This document shows, one piece after another, positions 1 through 12,300 of a stretch of DNA of 64,000 nt. The DNA comes from Camelus dromedarius (Eukaryota): NCBI RefSeq assembly GCF_036321535.1, contig NC_087438.1:45632001-45696000 (forward strand), read 5' to 3'. How positions within the stretch are numbered: position 1 is the stretch's first letter; the number at the start of each line of letters is the position of its first letter. Made by a program: the position numbers and the translations under genes. Under the pieces are notes generated by a model. The model saw only the letters and a program-made list of their open reading frames with translations. It did not search any database and was not told the DNA's origin.

Positions 1-1704
1 TGAATGTAGATATTTGAGGACTGTGACTTTGGGAAGCCACAAGCCTTCATCGTAGCCCGTCATTTTATTTTGTTTTAATTGAGATAGACTTCAGATCCCA
101 TGAAATTTTACCCTAAGCCCATCATTTTAGGCTGAAATTCATTATATTTAGTAGATGTTTAGTTTTAACTTTGTTCAGTTTGGTTTTCATGATTTTCACA
201 ACACCATATTTGAAAGGTGGAAAGATTAAAAAAATTTTTGTTCTTAAGACTGTGAATTAAGGTGGGGGCTTGCCCTACTCAGAGCTACCACACTGATGAT
301 GGAGAGATAAAATGTAGGACCAGGGAGCCAGGAACCACTCCATAGCTTTGCAGCTGGATTAAAGGTCCATTTCGTCTGGGACTCCTAATTTCATGGCAGG
401 ATCAAATCACACAGGATATATTCTTGAATTATTTAATGTGATCGGAAAATATCCTGCATTCCTGCCTCCCCACCAAGTTTGCTAAAGCCTTGTCCTTTGT
501 AAAAGGGGAATGAGTAAGTCAACAAAGTCAGAAGACATTTCAAAGAATTTTGTTTGGTTCTCTGCCCAATGCCTGAGGGTTAGAAGGTTAAATTGAAAAT
601 TTACTTTCAGTCAGTTGTACAATAAGAAGTCATGGATTGCTACTTGTTGGGCATCTGAAACAGCTTTATTTTGAGGAACAGAATGAGAATTACTCAGTAT
701 TTTAGCTGAAAGAGAAAAATCTATCCTCCGATCAATGGTATTGCAGGCAGTCTTTAGGGTTGAGAAACTGGAGCAAAATAATGTGGTGAAGGAACTTTTG
801 GACTGTTGCATATGATGTCAAATAAGAATAAGTTAATTTGTTATTTGTTCATAGGATGCCTTTTAGACCTTTTGTTACAGTATCTTAGGCATGCACTAGC
901 TTGGAGCCTGTATCATAAAATTGCCTTGGTTATTTGTAAACATTAAATTATGAATGGTGGATATTATCCACAAATAAAAACCTTGACTGTGGAAATAATT
1001 CTGTTGGAGCTGGGTGGAAATAGTTTAATGGACAGGCATATGTAGCCAGAGAGATTAGAGGTGCAAGCTTGTGAATCTGGGCAGCACAGAGTTTCGACTG
1101 CGGGTTGCTCACAGGACAGTAATACGGGCACTGCCAGCACCCCAGGCTGCAGTCTGCTGCCGAGCGAGGGAGAAGTGGAGGGTGAGAGAAAAGAGAACCT
1201 GCCTGCCTCCTAACTGTGGTAGCCCTTGTGACTGTGGGTTGGTGCTTCATAGCTCCCTGAGGAGGAGCTGAGTTAGAAGTTGTGCAATGAGGGGCCTGGG
1301 ACAGTGGCAGAGGGGCACAGATGCCAAGAGGAATACAGGTAGCAGAAGTGGGCAGCCTTCCAGAAGTGATGTGTCCGGTATTCTTTTATTCACCACTTGA
1401 TGGACTTCTTTGGCAAGGAGGCATTTTAATGAAGCCTCTTTGGAAGAAAATTTACATGGCCCAAGATGCTGGGTCTCGGACTTGAGGGGACTGCTGCCAA
1501 GTTATAATGGCTGCCTTCTGTGCAGGTGTTTTTGTGAGAGAGCCACAAACGCTCTCAGTAAGGCCACTGTCACAGAGAGTGAAAGGCAAACGTTCAGGGT
1601 CACTCTCAGAGGTCAGAGTGTGCAGGCGAGGAACCTGCATCGTTGACCCCAGGGACACATCCAAGCTGTCCGTGGGCTGTCCAGGCAAGTTAAGTTTGGG
1701 CAGT

Positions 1705-1900
1705 AGGTTTCTGTGGTGTTAAAAGTGGTGCTTCTGGAGCCCGACTGCCTGGATCTGAACTCTAGTTCCACCTCTCAGTAGCTGAGTGTTACCATGACCA
1801 AGACGCTATAAACTCTCTGCCCCTCAGTTTCCTCCTCTGTAAAGTGAGAGTTTTGGTAGTACCCGACTCATGAGTTGTCTTGAGTACCGAACATAATGCA
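1705..1900 (+). mobile_element. MIR SINE
   Basis: ctggagcccgactgcctggatctgaactc...cctcagtttcctcctctgtaaagtg, MIR core. Confidence 0.8.
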
Positions 1901-2245
1901 CATAAATATTCAATGATGATGATGATGGAATAAGTTAATACTACTATAACTTCTAATATTAGATGATGACCATGATAGTGACAGTCATTGAAACGGGCTT
2001 GGCTGTGTGTAGAAAGTGTACCGTGTGCAGCAGGGCAGGGGCATCTGGCTCCTCCCTCTTGCCCAGGCCTCTCTGTCCCTCACCATAGGATGCACTCCAG
2101 TTACCACCCAAATGGCTAGACAGCTCTCCCTCTGAATGGGCTCCTCTTAATTGCTTTCCAGCCACTTAACTAGCACTGAATCACTGCCGACCTGGCATCA
2201 TTTTGATTGGTCTTCCCGGCCTTGGTTGTGGAGTCTCAGAAGACA

Positions 2246-2260
2246 AGAACAGTGTGTTCT
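2246..2260. promoter_or_regulatory. Perfect palindromic steroid (GR/AR/PR/MR) response element
   Basis: AGAACA-gtg-TGTTCT, exact IR3 consensus. Confidence 0.65.
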
Positions 2261-4099
2261 GCTTACAGTCCTGGAGTCATAGAAGGTGTGGGATTCTTTT
2301 TGTCAGTCAAGGCCCAGAGTTCTTCACAGGGGTCTTACACAGAAAGTAAGGTTCTTCTTAAAAACGGTGGGGTTGGGGAGGAGGGGGACTTTGTAGAGAC
2401 AGGTGGGTCTCTGGCACGCCTGGTGGGGATTGCTGTTCTGGAGTCTGGCCTTGTTAGAGTCTTCCTCAGGGTTCTTTATCTCTTTGCAGGGATTTAGCCT
2501 CAGGTTGACGTAAACACAGGTTTCAGATTTGTAAAACCTTGAGCAGACCTGGAGCCTTTTCTTACCATGGTATCCCCTGGTGACATAAGTGTGCTGTGAG
2601 CAGGACTTGGAGGTGGCTGAGGGCTGTGTAGGAGGGAGAGGAGGGATGGGGGCTGGGCAGAGAAGGAGGGAGAGAGGGAGATCATTATACTTCCCATCCT
2701 GTTAAGAATCTCACCAAACTGGCCTACTGGGTTGTTGAAATAGAGGGAGCCATAGGAAGCAGCTGGCAGAAAGATCTACCCAGCCTCCTAGTGGAGGATT
2801 TTTTTTCCCTCAAAAAGACATACATTGCCAGGAAAAGCTAACAAAAATTTCAAGGCAGATTTGGAGGAATTAAATTATTCTTAGGCATATTGCCTGGTTT
2901 CCAGGCATTTAGGGATATGCAAATTGGCATGTTCTTTAGAGTTCTGTGTCTCATTTGTAACAGAGCACATTAGTACTAAAAATGGGATTTGCTAGTTCTA
3001 CACTTTTGTGTGAATTTATGCAGTGAATATCTAATGTGATTCTGGATATATCAAAAGGAGGGGTTGTCTTCAAACATAACATAGTTTATTTTTCTCATAT
3101 GTTCTGCTGGCTGCTTTAATTTTTTTCTCTAATGACTGAAATACAAAGTAGAGTACTATCCCAAATTAATATTCTTGCTACACAAAGACCTCCAGTGTTT
3201 GTTTTTGCTTCTTTTAATATGTAACTCTCCTAAGAGCGTTATTGTATTACAGCTAAGAGGCTTTAGCCATGTAAGGCTGAATGCGTTACACTTCTGAATG
3301 CCAGCAGAACAATTAATCTGCGATTAGATTTTGCTTCTTAAGATGCCTACACTGCAGAGTGCCTATAATATTAAACTTCTAAAGGGTTCCACTCTTTAAA
3401 ACCTAGAAAAGCTCTCTTTGACATAGCTCAGTGAAATTGTAGGGCTATTGTTTTTATTGCTTTATTGTTCAGCCAGCTTAACTGAAACCTTTAGTTTGCT
3501 TTTACTCTTTACAACAAAGATAACGTTGAGAAACCACCGGGGTGCAGTGCATGTCCGTGTGCTCGCTGTTCCATGCTGTTCAAGCCACTGCCAACTCGGA
3601 GAGCCTTTGACTCTCTCATCCCTCTGCCTCCCCTATGTTAAAAAATGAAAAAGAAAAAAACTTTCTTTTCCCATTTCCCCCTGAGTTGAGCTGTCTTCAT
3701 AGAATAATCTGCAATAACCATCCCTACTTTCTCTTCAATTCCTTAATTCCTAAAACTCTGGTTCCTTACATCAGGACTCCTAGAGTTGGCTTTCTCAAGT
3801 CCTTGATGATTCCACGATGGACAGAGCCCCAGATGACCTAGCCCTGCCTCAGTTTCCCCTTTAGTCTTAGTGATCACCTTTTCTTACCTGAACCCTCTTG
3901 TCTCTTCTTTCCAGGATGCAACATTGTCTCCAGACCTTGACTTTCCCTTCCCAGTGGCGTTCACTGAGCCTCAATGTTTGGCCTTTGGATCTTTTATTCT
4001 TTTTTTTTTTTAACTTTTAATGTTTTTCCTGTGAGTTCCTGTGTTCCATTGAGTTTGGCCTTGCCTCCTTTGCAGCTGATCACCAGATCTCAAGTATGT

Positions 4100-4960
4100 T
4101 CCCTCTTCTGAGTCACAGACTAGGTTTTCAACCTACCAGCCCATTTGTGGTTGGTGCCTGGCATCCCCCAAGCCCATCAGACCTCCTGGCGCCCCTTTGC
4201 CTGACACTGGTAACAGCTATGTTCTTCTCTGGAACTCAGGATCAGACACCTTTTGACCCATTTTTCAGCATTACCACATCCCACACGTGCTTCTCTGAGG
4301 TGTCTCCACCTTCAGCCCTAAACTTTCCACACCTTCTGCTACCACTTTAGGTCGTGCCTTCGTGGCCATGTGCCCAGACGGCTGCAAAACCCCCTTCACA
4401 GCTTTCCTGCCCTGTGCCGACACCAGTCCCTCCTGCACGCCCATTGGCTGAGGCTCTTCAGGCACACCTCTCATCCTGCCACTCCCCTTCCCCCAAGCCC
4501 CTACGCCGCTCCCTGCTGGAGACGGCATTGCTCACAGGCGCACAAAGGTGTCGTCCAAGCTTTGCTCACCTTTCTCACCTGGATCCAACACTCCCTCTCT
4601 GGCTTCAGATATCCTGGACTGCCTGTTCCGGCTATTCCCAGAATATGACGTGTGTTCTGTCACATCTGTACCTAAGATCATGCCACACATTCTCTTCTGT
4701 CTTCAGATGCCAGCAATCAGGTGTGGTCTGTCCCTCATCTGAACTCCCTGGAGTTTCTTCTCTCTCTCTTATGGCATTTCCCTAGTGTTATGATTCCCAT
4801 CTTATCTCTGAGACACACCAGCACCCCTCCCACCCCTCTCGGAGCCTTCTTAGAAGGCGGGGCCTGCCTGCCACATTAATCTTTGTTGTGTATACTGAGT
4901 CAAGCAAAAGTCTGCCGCCCTGTGTCCATCTGCCAGATTGATTAAGTCCTTGTTGAATGG
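4100..4960 (+). mobile_element. L2 LINE 3' fragment
   Basis: Resembles the L2 3' region (ctgctaccactttaggtc...ctgcaaaacccccttcacagctttcctgc) and ends in ...aagtccttgttgaatg like the L2 terminus; left boundary uncertain. Confidence 0.6.
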
Positions 4961-5076
4961 CAGTAGGAATTCAGATTCACACAGATGGCCAAGTGTGCTG
5001 TTCATTCATAAGTCCTGTTTTCCCCTTTTGTAGGTGAAGCTTGTGTGTGGCGTGCCACAGTCACATTAGACGACAG

Positions 5077-5160
5077 ATGGATGGTGTGACAAGAGTGTCA
5101 GAAAGGATCGGGCCTCGCTGTGAGAGTCAGCCTGGAGTCAGCGTGTTGACAAGTCGCTGA
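5077..5160 (+). other. Upstream ORF, 27 aa (MDGVTRVSERIGPRCESQPGVSVLTSR)
   Basis: ATG 5077 to TGA 5158-5160 within the 5'UTR; the ORF is seen, translation is not shown. Confidence 0.6.
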
Positions 5161-5227
5161 AAAGGAAGCCAGTGGGAGGACTGCAGCCCGCAGAGGAAGT
5201 GGAGCCCTGACTCGGGTTACACCATTG

Positions 5228-5742
<515 letters not shown>

Positions 5743-8519
5743 TGATGAGTGATTGCTTAATGACTCATCTGTGTTTTTTAACAGGAAAAGTCTTGGGTTG
5801 GGTTGGGCTGAAATGCTCCGGGCTGAAGTTGTTTTGGCAACTTGACCTGAATTTTACTTATGGGGCATGAAAGTTTGGTCATTCATTCCTTGGCTAGAAT
5901 TTCATGTTGGTGGGGTGGAGAATTGTTATAAAAATAGGGAGATGATATCTGAGAACCTGTTTAGTGAGTGCCTCTAAACACTATTATTAGAGTTGCTATT
6001 GAACACCTGTTGCATTCTTATTCTTGTAATTGGTATTATATATCTAAGTAATTTTAGGAAAGTAGAAGGAAGGTCTAATATAAATATGTTTTATATTAAT
6101 GTGATCTGCATGGAAAATGTAGAGAGTAATAAGGTGACCACAGAAGTCAGTGAAGAAGCCATTCTTTTTACAACCCGGTGTCTACCTCTTAGTTCCTCTC
6201 CAGGAACACTGGCTGCAGCTGAAACCCAATCCTGTCATTAGTGCAGACGCACAGGGAATCCTCTTCCTTCCTGGGCAGTGTCATATGTAGCATTAATGCC
6301 AACAGTGTGCTAAAACACAACAGCGAAGAAATCACTGAATACTTTTTTTCAAACAGAAATCACCTTGATCCAAAACCCTCTCCTCATTCGGTGGAGATGG
6401 TCCCCACTTGAGCTTGAGGTGTTTCTTCTGTTCTGTTTCACAGAGAGGCAAGCCTTTTGCTCAGCTTTGCTGTTAACAGCTCTGTGGGCTAGTTCATCTC
6501 CTCACTATTGAATCTCAAGCATTGTTCTCCCTGGATCATCTTTTTTTCCCAAAGACCGAGAAAGGTCTGGAAAGATGTGTTTCCAAGGGGTGGACTCAAC
6601 TGCAGTGGTTCTGTGTCAAGTAGAACTGACCGTGGCATCACAGTGTTTCTGGAAGACGTCCTGGTACTATTGTGTCTTCTCCAGCGTTGGCTTGGCCTCG
6701 CACAAATGCATAAGGTACCAGGAATAAAGAAGGAGAATGAGAGTAAATAGCTGCCTTTTAACATGGGGTCATAATAGAATTGGGAGTATTTTATAAAAGT
6801 CAAAAACTCACTGAGGATACTTGAAGGGAAGTACATTTTCCCTCCCACTCCCGATCCAAAAGGAATACTTGTTTTATAAACACTACACCATACTTTGGAA
6901 TTCATGTCCAAATGGTATGTTTCACTGTGCAGTTCAAAAGCAAAAATTAATTTTTCTTTCCAGATGAATCAAAAAACCTTGACTCTGCACATATATATGC
7001 AGAAACATATACACACACGTATAATTTTGTCAACCATTGTGTTTCTTGCATAGTATCATTCAGCAGAGGGAAGGTATATACGTAATTGTTTTTTCCCCAC
7101 CAAACTACATATTTTTAATTTGACTTTTGATGTAAGTTAGATATACTTCCTTGTAAGTAGGCTAGTTCAAAAGGAAAACTGATATTATTTCTCCCAAAAT
7201 ACTAAAGATTAATAGGATCATAGAAGTATCTGAGTTGGATTAGAAAAGGTTATTTAAAAGATGGGAAGGGGTCACCTTGTCAAGATTAGTGACAAAAAGA
7301 TTTTGTAAAAATAATGTCTAAACAAAACTGTGTTTGATACCTGCTGCTGTCAGGTGTAACTTCATTTGGTTATCGTATACAGAAAAGCAAGTCTTCCCCT
7401 AAAAGTGAGTTTCTCTTTTTAGGTTCTAAACTATTTTATAATGCTTTCTTTCTCATGTAATGTGGTAACGATTGAGATTTTTAATAGCTTTTTCTTTTTT
7501 TTTTTTTAATATGTAGAAAGTTCAAGTAAAATGAAATATTTTAACAATTTAAGAGGCCCATGAAAATGGGCATTAAGTATTAGAGCAGTCCTGAATATAA
7601 ATGAGAAATTAGGAATAACTGAGAGGCTGAAAAGGCAGTATTGGGGGGTTGGGTGGGGAGTAAAGTCCTAAACATTAGATTTTCTGGAAATGTGAATATT
7701 GTGCTCTCATTGAAACACGATTCCCATGAAATGAGGATTCAGTAGTCCCTGCTAGTTGCATGTCAGATTGACAGGGAAAGTAGTTCTAAGGACAGATTTA
7801 TTTATTGGAACCTATGGGACTTTGATTTCTTTTGCCTAAGGGTGTATTTAATTGAAAAGCATTTGCAGTGACAAATTGTGTGAAGGTGAGAAAGAATAGT
7901 CCTTTTCTCTTCTTACTGTAATTGAATTATTTGGCCTTCTTTTCTGTTGACTCCCTCCACTGACTCAGCCTGTTTTTCGTGTTTGACTGTATTTTCTTGA
8001 GAAGGTACCCCTGCGGTCGAAGGCCCACACGCAGGCTTCTGTTGTGGAGGGCGTACCACATGGGCGGTGGGCGCACCCCACAATGCACGTGGGGTAACAG
8101 GGCCTGCCTTCACGCTGCTCACACCACCTTCTCTCTTTGTGAAAGAAAGTTGCCCTTAAACCCTGGCCGCAAGTAGACTCTGTGTGAGGAGTTCTCATTT
8201 AGATAGTAGAACCCACCTTTCTATGTTTCTTGTATGTTCCTGGAAATAAGATTTAACTTTTGGGAGGAAAGAGAGTCAAAAGCCCATTTGAAGATCTGAT
8301 GTACACCGTCTTTCAGGAAGATGTACTTTCCACCAAGCCATCTTGCATACAGTTTTCTTATGAAACCCTGACCTATTGTTTGGATTGAATTTGTATGTTG
8401 GATAATCTTGTGTTTCTTGGAATTGAAATCTTTCAGTAGATACGAACTGAACCCTAGTTCCGTGCTAGAAAGCCGGGATGGAAGATGAACTCAGGACCAA
8501 GAGAGATGGCTGATGTGCC

Positions 8520-8875
8520 CTCTGGTCCCCTCTCCTGCCCCTCCTTGGGGCTGTTCTTCCCCAACTCTGCTCCGACAGCTCTTCTCAGCCATCCTCTTGG
8601 CTGACCCACTCTCAACTCTTTGCTTAAAGCTTTCTTCTGAAGGAGGCTGGCTCTGTTCACCACATTTCACATGGCAATCTGCCCCTCTGCTTTTGCAAAG
8701 CATTTATTATCTAGCCTACTGTAGAATTTACCTACCACATTGTTTATTGTCTGTTCCCTCTGGTAGATTGTAGGCTCTGTGAAGGCAGGGGCCTTGGATG
8801 CCATGCCGTTGTCCCAAGTATCTAGAACAGTGCAGCTGGTTCTCAGCAAGTGAGCAAATGCTTGCTGTTGAAACC
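8520..8875 (+). mobile_element. L2 LINE 3' end
   Basis: tttattgtctgttccctctggtagattgtaggctctgtgaaggcagggg...tctagaacagtgc...aatgcttgctgttgaa. Confidence 0.75.
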
Positions 8876-9348
8876 CATCACCTAGCTCTTCCCCATCCCA
8901 TGTGACTTTGGAAATGCGCCATGTGCTCTGTGTGGCACGTGCAGGCACACAAGGCTGTTAACAGCCCATTCTCGTTTTGGAAATCATGGTTTGTTACTCA
9001 CATCATTTACGTCTGAGGAGTCTTGCAGCCTTGGCCTTGATCGTTGCAGGCTATGTCTCCAAAAACTGTTATTTTCCACCCCATTTCCTAGGACTGGTAG
9101 TTCTGCTAGTGGGAAAGCTTGTTGAGCTGAGCGCGTTCCATTGGCCACTTAAGCAAAATGACCAGAACATGTGTCAAGATCAGCAAGTGTCCTCGGACAC
9201 AGATTTGATGCTCTCTCTCCCCCTTTTATCTCCTCTTTGCGTGGAAGCTAAAACTACCGATCTGAGCATCACATTTCATTGTCCCACAACCCAGTAAAGC
9301 CACAGTTTACCTTTGGGGAGAACCTCTTCCATGTCTGGTGCAAGGGTG

Positions 9349-9377
9349 TTTTTTTGTTTGTTTGTTTGTTTGTTTTT
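9349..9377 (+). repeat. T-run/(GTTT)n simple repeat
   Basis: tttttttt(gttt)n gttttt. Confidence 0.9.
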
Positions 9378-12300
9378 GGTAATGATGATAGTAATCAGTT
9401 TATTACACAGATTAATCATTCTTGAACATAAAGCTCCAGAGGAGCAACTGGGTCTTTACACAAGTATTTCCATCAAATGAATTTTCACCCTAACATCTAG
9501 ACAGACCTAAGCATTTAAAAACATAAGAAAAATAAGAGCTTTTAGCTCTGTATTAACTGAGAAACCACATATAAACCCAAGAATATGGAAGTCAGAAAGG
9601 GGCTGAAGGACGAAAGTCGAGAGTGGAGAGATGTAAGAGTTGGGAACAAATCCATCACACTTCACACACTAGTAGCTCACATCTAGTTAAATGCTGACCA
9701 GTTAAACTGAGACCTTAAAATACAGGTGTGGGTAGAGTTTAACTTGGTTGCTCATAACTTTCACCTAAGACATAGGTCCTTTGGAATAAAATGAATACAG
9801 AAACAGCTTTGTTTTCTTTGCCTTACATTTCGTAACTGTTCTGAGTTTAATAGGATCCCACTTGAAAAAACAATCTCCTGCCGGTCACTGGGTGTTCTGT
9901 GCTCTGAAAGGCCATCCTCCAGCTCTGTCAGGCTGGTCACACGCCAGCATCCCGTTCCGCACGCACAGCCCTGCTCAGCCGTTGCTTCCGTACTTCCCCC
10001 TGACACAGGGTAATGAGTTGATGGAAGTGGGGACTTAGGGATAAGGGAATGAGAATGTATTCCTGTCTTTCATAAGTAAGCTGTCCAGTGGGGAGATTTC
10101 TTGAGACAGTGTTTTGAGATCCTTTAATTAAAGGCACGCTCATCCTGAATATTTAGATTAGTGAGACTGCGATCACGTTAGTTTGTGTAGGATGTTGAAA
10201 TCTGCTAAGTTGAAAGCTCACTTAGAAATCTGAGTTCATACCCACTTCTAGCCCCCGTCCACACACCCCTCCCCCAGCTCCACTTTGGACTCTTTGACAA
10301 GGGGTCCCAACTGGTTCCACATATTAAACAATAAGCACACACTTGGTGTGGCCTATTTTAAGTTTTGATAAAAAATCTTTCTAAACAGAAAAAGAAAAAC
10401 GCCTGCAACTTGTGTTTGCTTTCATGGTTTCCCCAGCCATTATTTTTTCCATTTTTCACACTCAGCATTTGAGTGTCCCTCCACGGTTGTTGCTCTGTCT
10501 AGAGAGCAAGGGTGTAATAAATCACAGAAATTGACTGCACTGTACAGAGGTCCCAGAAGATAGCAACCTGATCCCAAATCACATGCCTTCACTGAGCCCT
10601 GTGGTTGTAACGCACACTGTTACGTGCAGTCATGATACCTGTGGAAGTAGTTTGCTTTGCTTCACATACTCCTGCCTTTATGAATTCTATTTTAGTTCAG
10701 AACCTGCCTTGTCATAACTTTCCTCACCTTCCCTCCTGCTTAAGTGAGACTGTGCTGGGAAGTGGGGGACTGTGTGGTTAATGCCCTTGAATGATTAGGG
10801 TAAGATCTCTGACTTTGGTGCTGACGACCCATTGTTCATCTATCACGCTGCTTTTGGGAGAAAATATCAAATATCCTGGTCAGAGGATATTTGAAGATCA
10901 GGGCCTTTGAGTCCTGTCTTTAACTTCTGAACAACCAGAAAACTGAATCCGAAAATCAGAGATTTTTACCCAGGTGTAAAAATTGAACTGTTTGCCCTTT
11001 GTGTTATAGTAGGAAGTGAAAAAGATTTTGGAAAGATGTCATCAGTATAATTGATTGAAGAGTTGGCCTCGAAAAAACAAAGGTGATCATAGTTTTTGAT
11101 AAAATTGTCACCACTCTCATGACAGAATCGGTTACTCATGCATTAAGTTATGTACTATAACAGAGTTCTCCCTCTCAGGAGCACCAGCATTTCTTTTCTT
11201 CTTACTAAATTCTTGGTTTTTAAGACGTTAGTCCTGTTAATTTAAAATTTAAATTTTTTTTTGCCCCAGAAATGTGAGAAAGGAAGGTAACCCTAGTGAA
11301 TGATTTCCACATCTACAGTTACTTGAAAGGGAAATTGTCAAGAAGAGAAAGGATTCTCACCTTTGCTGCTTCTGCCCTGAGCTGGCCCAGCCGCCAGGAA
11401 TTGACAGGCCACCCAGGAGAGGGGGGAGCAGGAAGCCCCTTCATCTCCCAGGGAGAAGGGCCTCCTCCTTCCTCCCTCCGGTCTGTTACTTGAAAGGAAG
11501 GACTTCATTCTCTCTTTCCTGGAGCTGTGGTGACAGCTAAGTTCAGGGTTACAGATAAGATATTTGAGGAAAAGCTTTCTGCCAGTCTAACATGGTCTGT
11601 GTCATTTCAAATCCCAGCTGTGATATGCATTTTTTTTTAAGTGAGATACATGATCAGTGGCTTTCATTAAGGCTTCTAGCTTTAGAGATTTCATTCTGTG
11701 TTCTTTTTTCAAAATTGGTAAGGGGTCCAATGTTCACATCTGTACAACCTAATAAATAAAGCCCTCAACACCTCTGGTTCACACAGGAGCTGTTAAGTGA
11801 AGAGAGTCTATTTTGTTTGCTAGCAACTGAGCTAATGTGATGTTCTAATACAATTTTCTTTGTCATTAAGGTAGAACTTTATATGCTAAAAGTGTCTCTC
11901 TCTTCACTTTTCAACTTCATTGTAAATAGATCCTTTGATAACTTTGATGTCAGTCTTTTCTGGTTTCTAGGTGAATACATCTTTGTCTAAAACAGGCAAA
12001 ATTCTGATTAATAAGCACTTCTTCAGTGAGTCAAAGTTTGAGAAAATAGACATTTAGAATTCTGAAATTTAACAACAAATGGTGCCTTACATATGCTACA
12101 TAGCTTCCAGAAGAGGGAAAATTTGGTACCTCTGGCAAATAAGAACACCAGTATAAGATGCCCTTCACATATCCATGTTTTTCGTAGTAAAGGAAAACAG
12201 ATGTTAGCAGTGTCGCTGGCCGTGGCATATTTGTGTCTTTGTTGCTAGCAGATTTCCCTGAAGAAGGATGTAAAATTGGTTTGATGACTAAAATAGATAA

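Noticed and set aside
1597-1615. GGGTCA-N7-AGGTCA nuclear receptor repeat
   Set aside because: DR7 spacing is not a standard element
4354-4785. 143-aa Pro/Ser-rich ORF
   Set aside because: Lies in a GC-rich L2 remnant; compositional artefact
5032-5039. AG|GTGAAG as a recursive-splice exon start
   Set aside because: Reconstituted donor lacks +5 G; weak
9380-9560. ATGATGA as a snoRNA C box
   Set aside because: No D box at a suitable distance and no terminal stem
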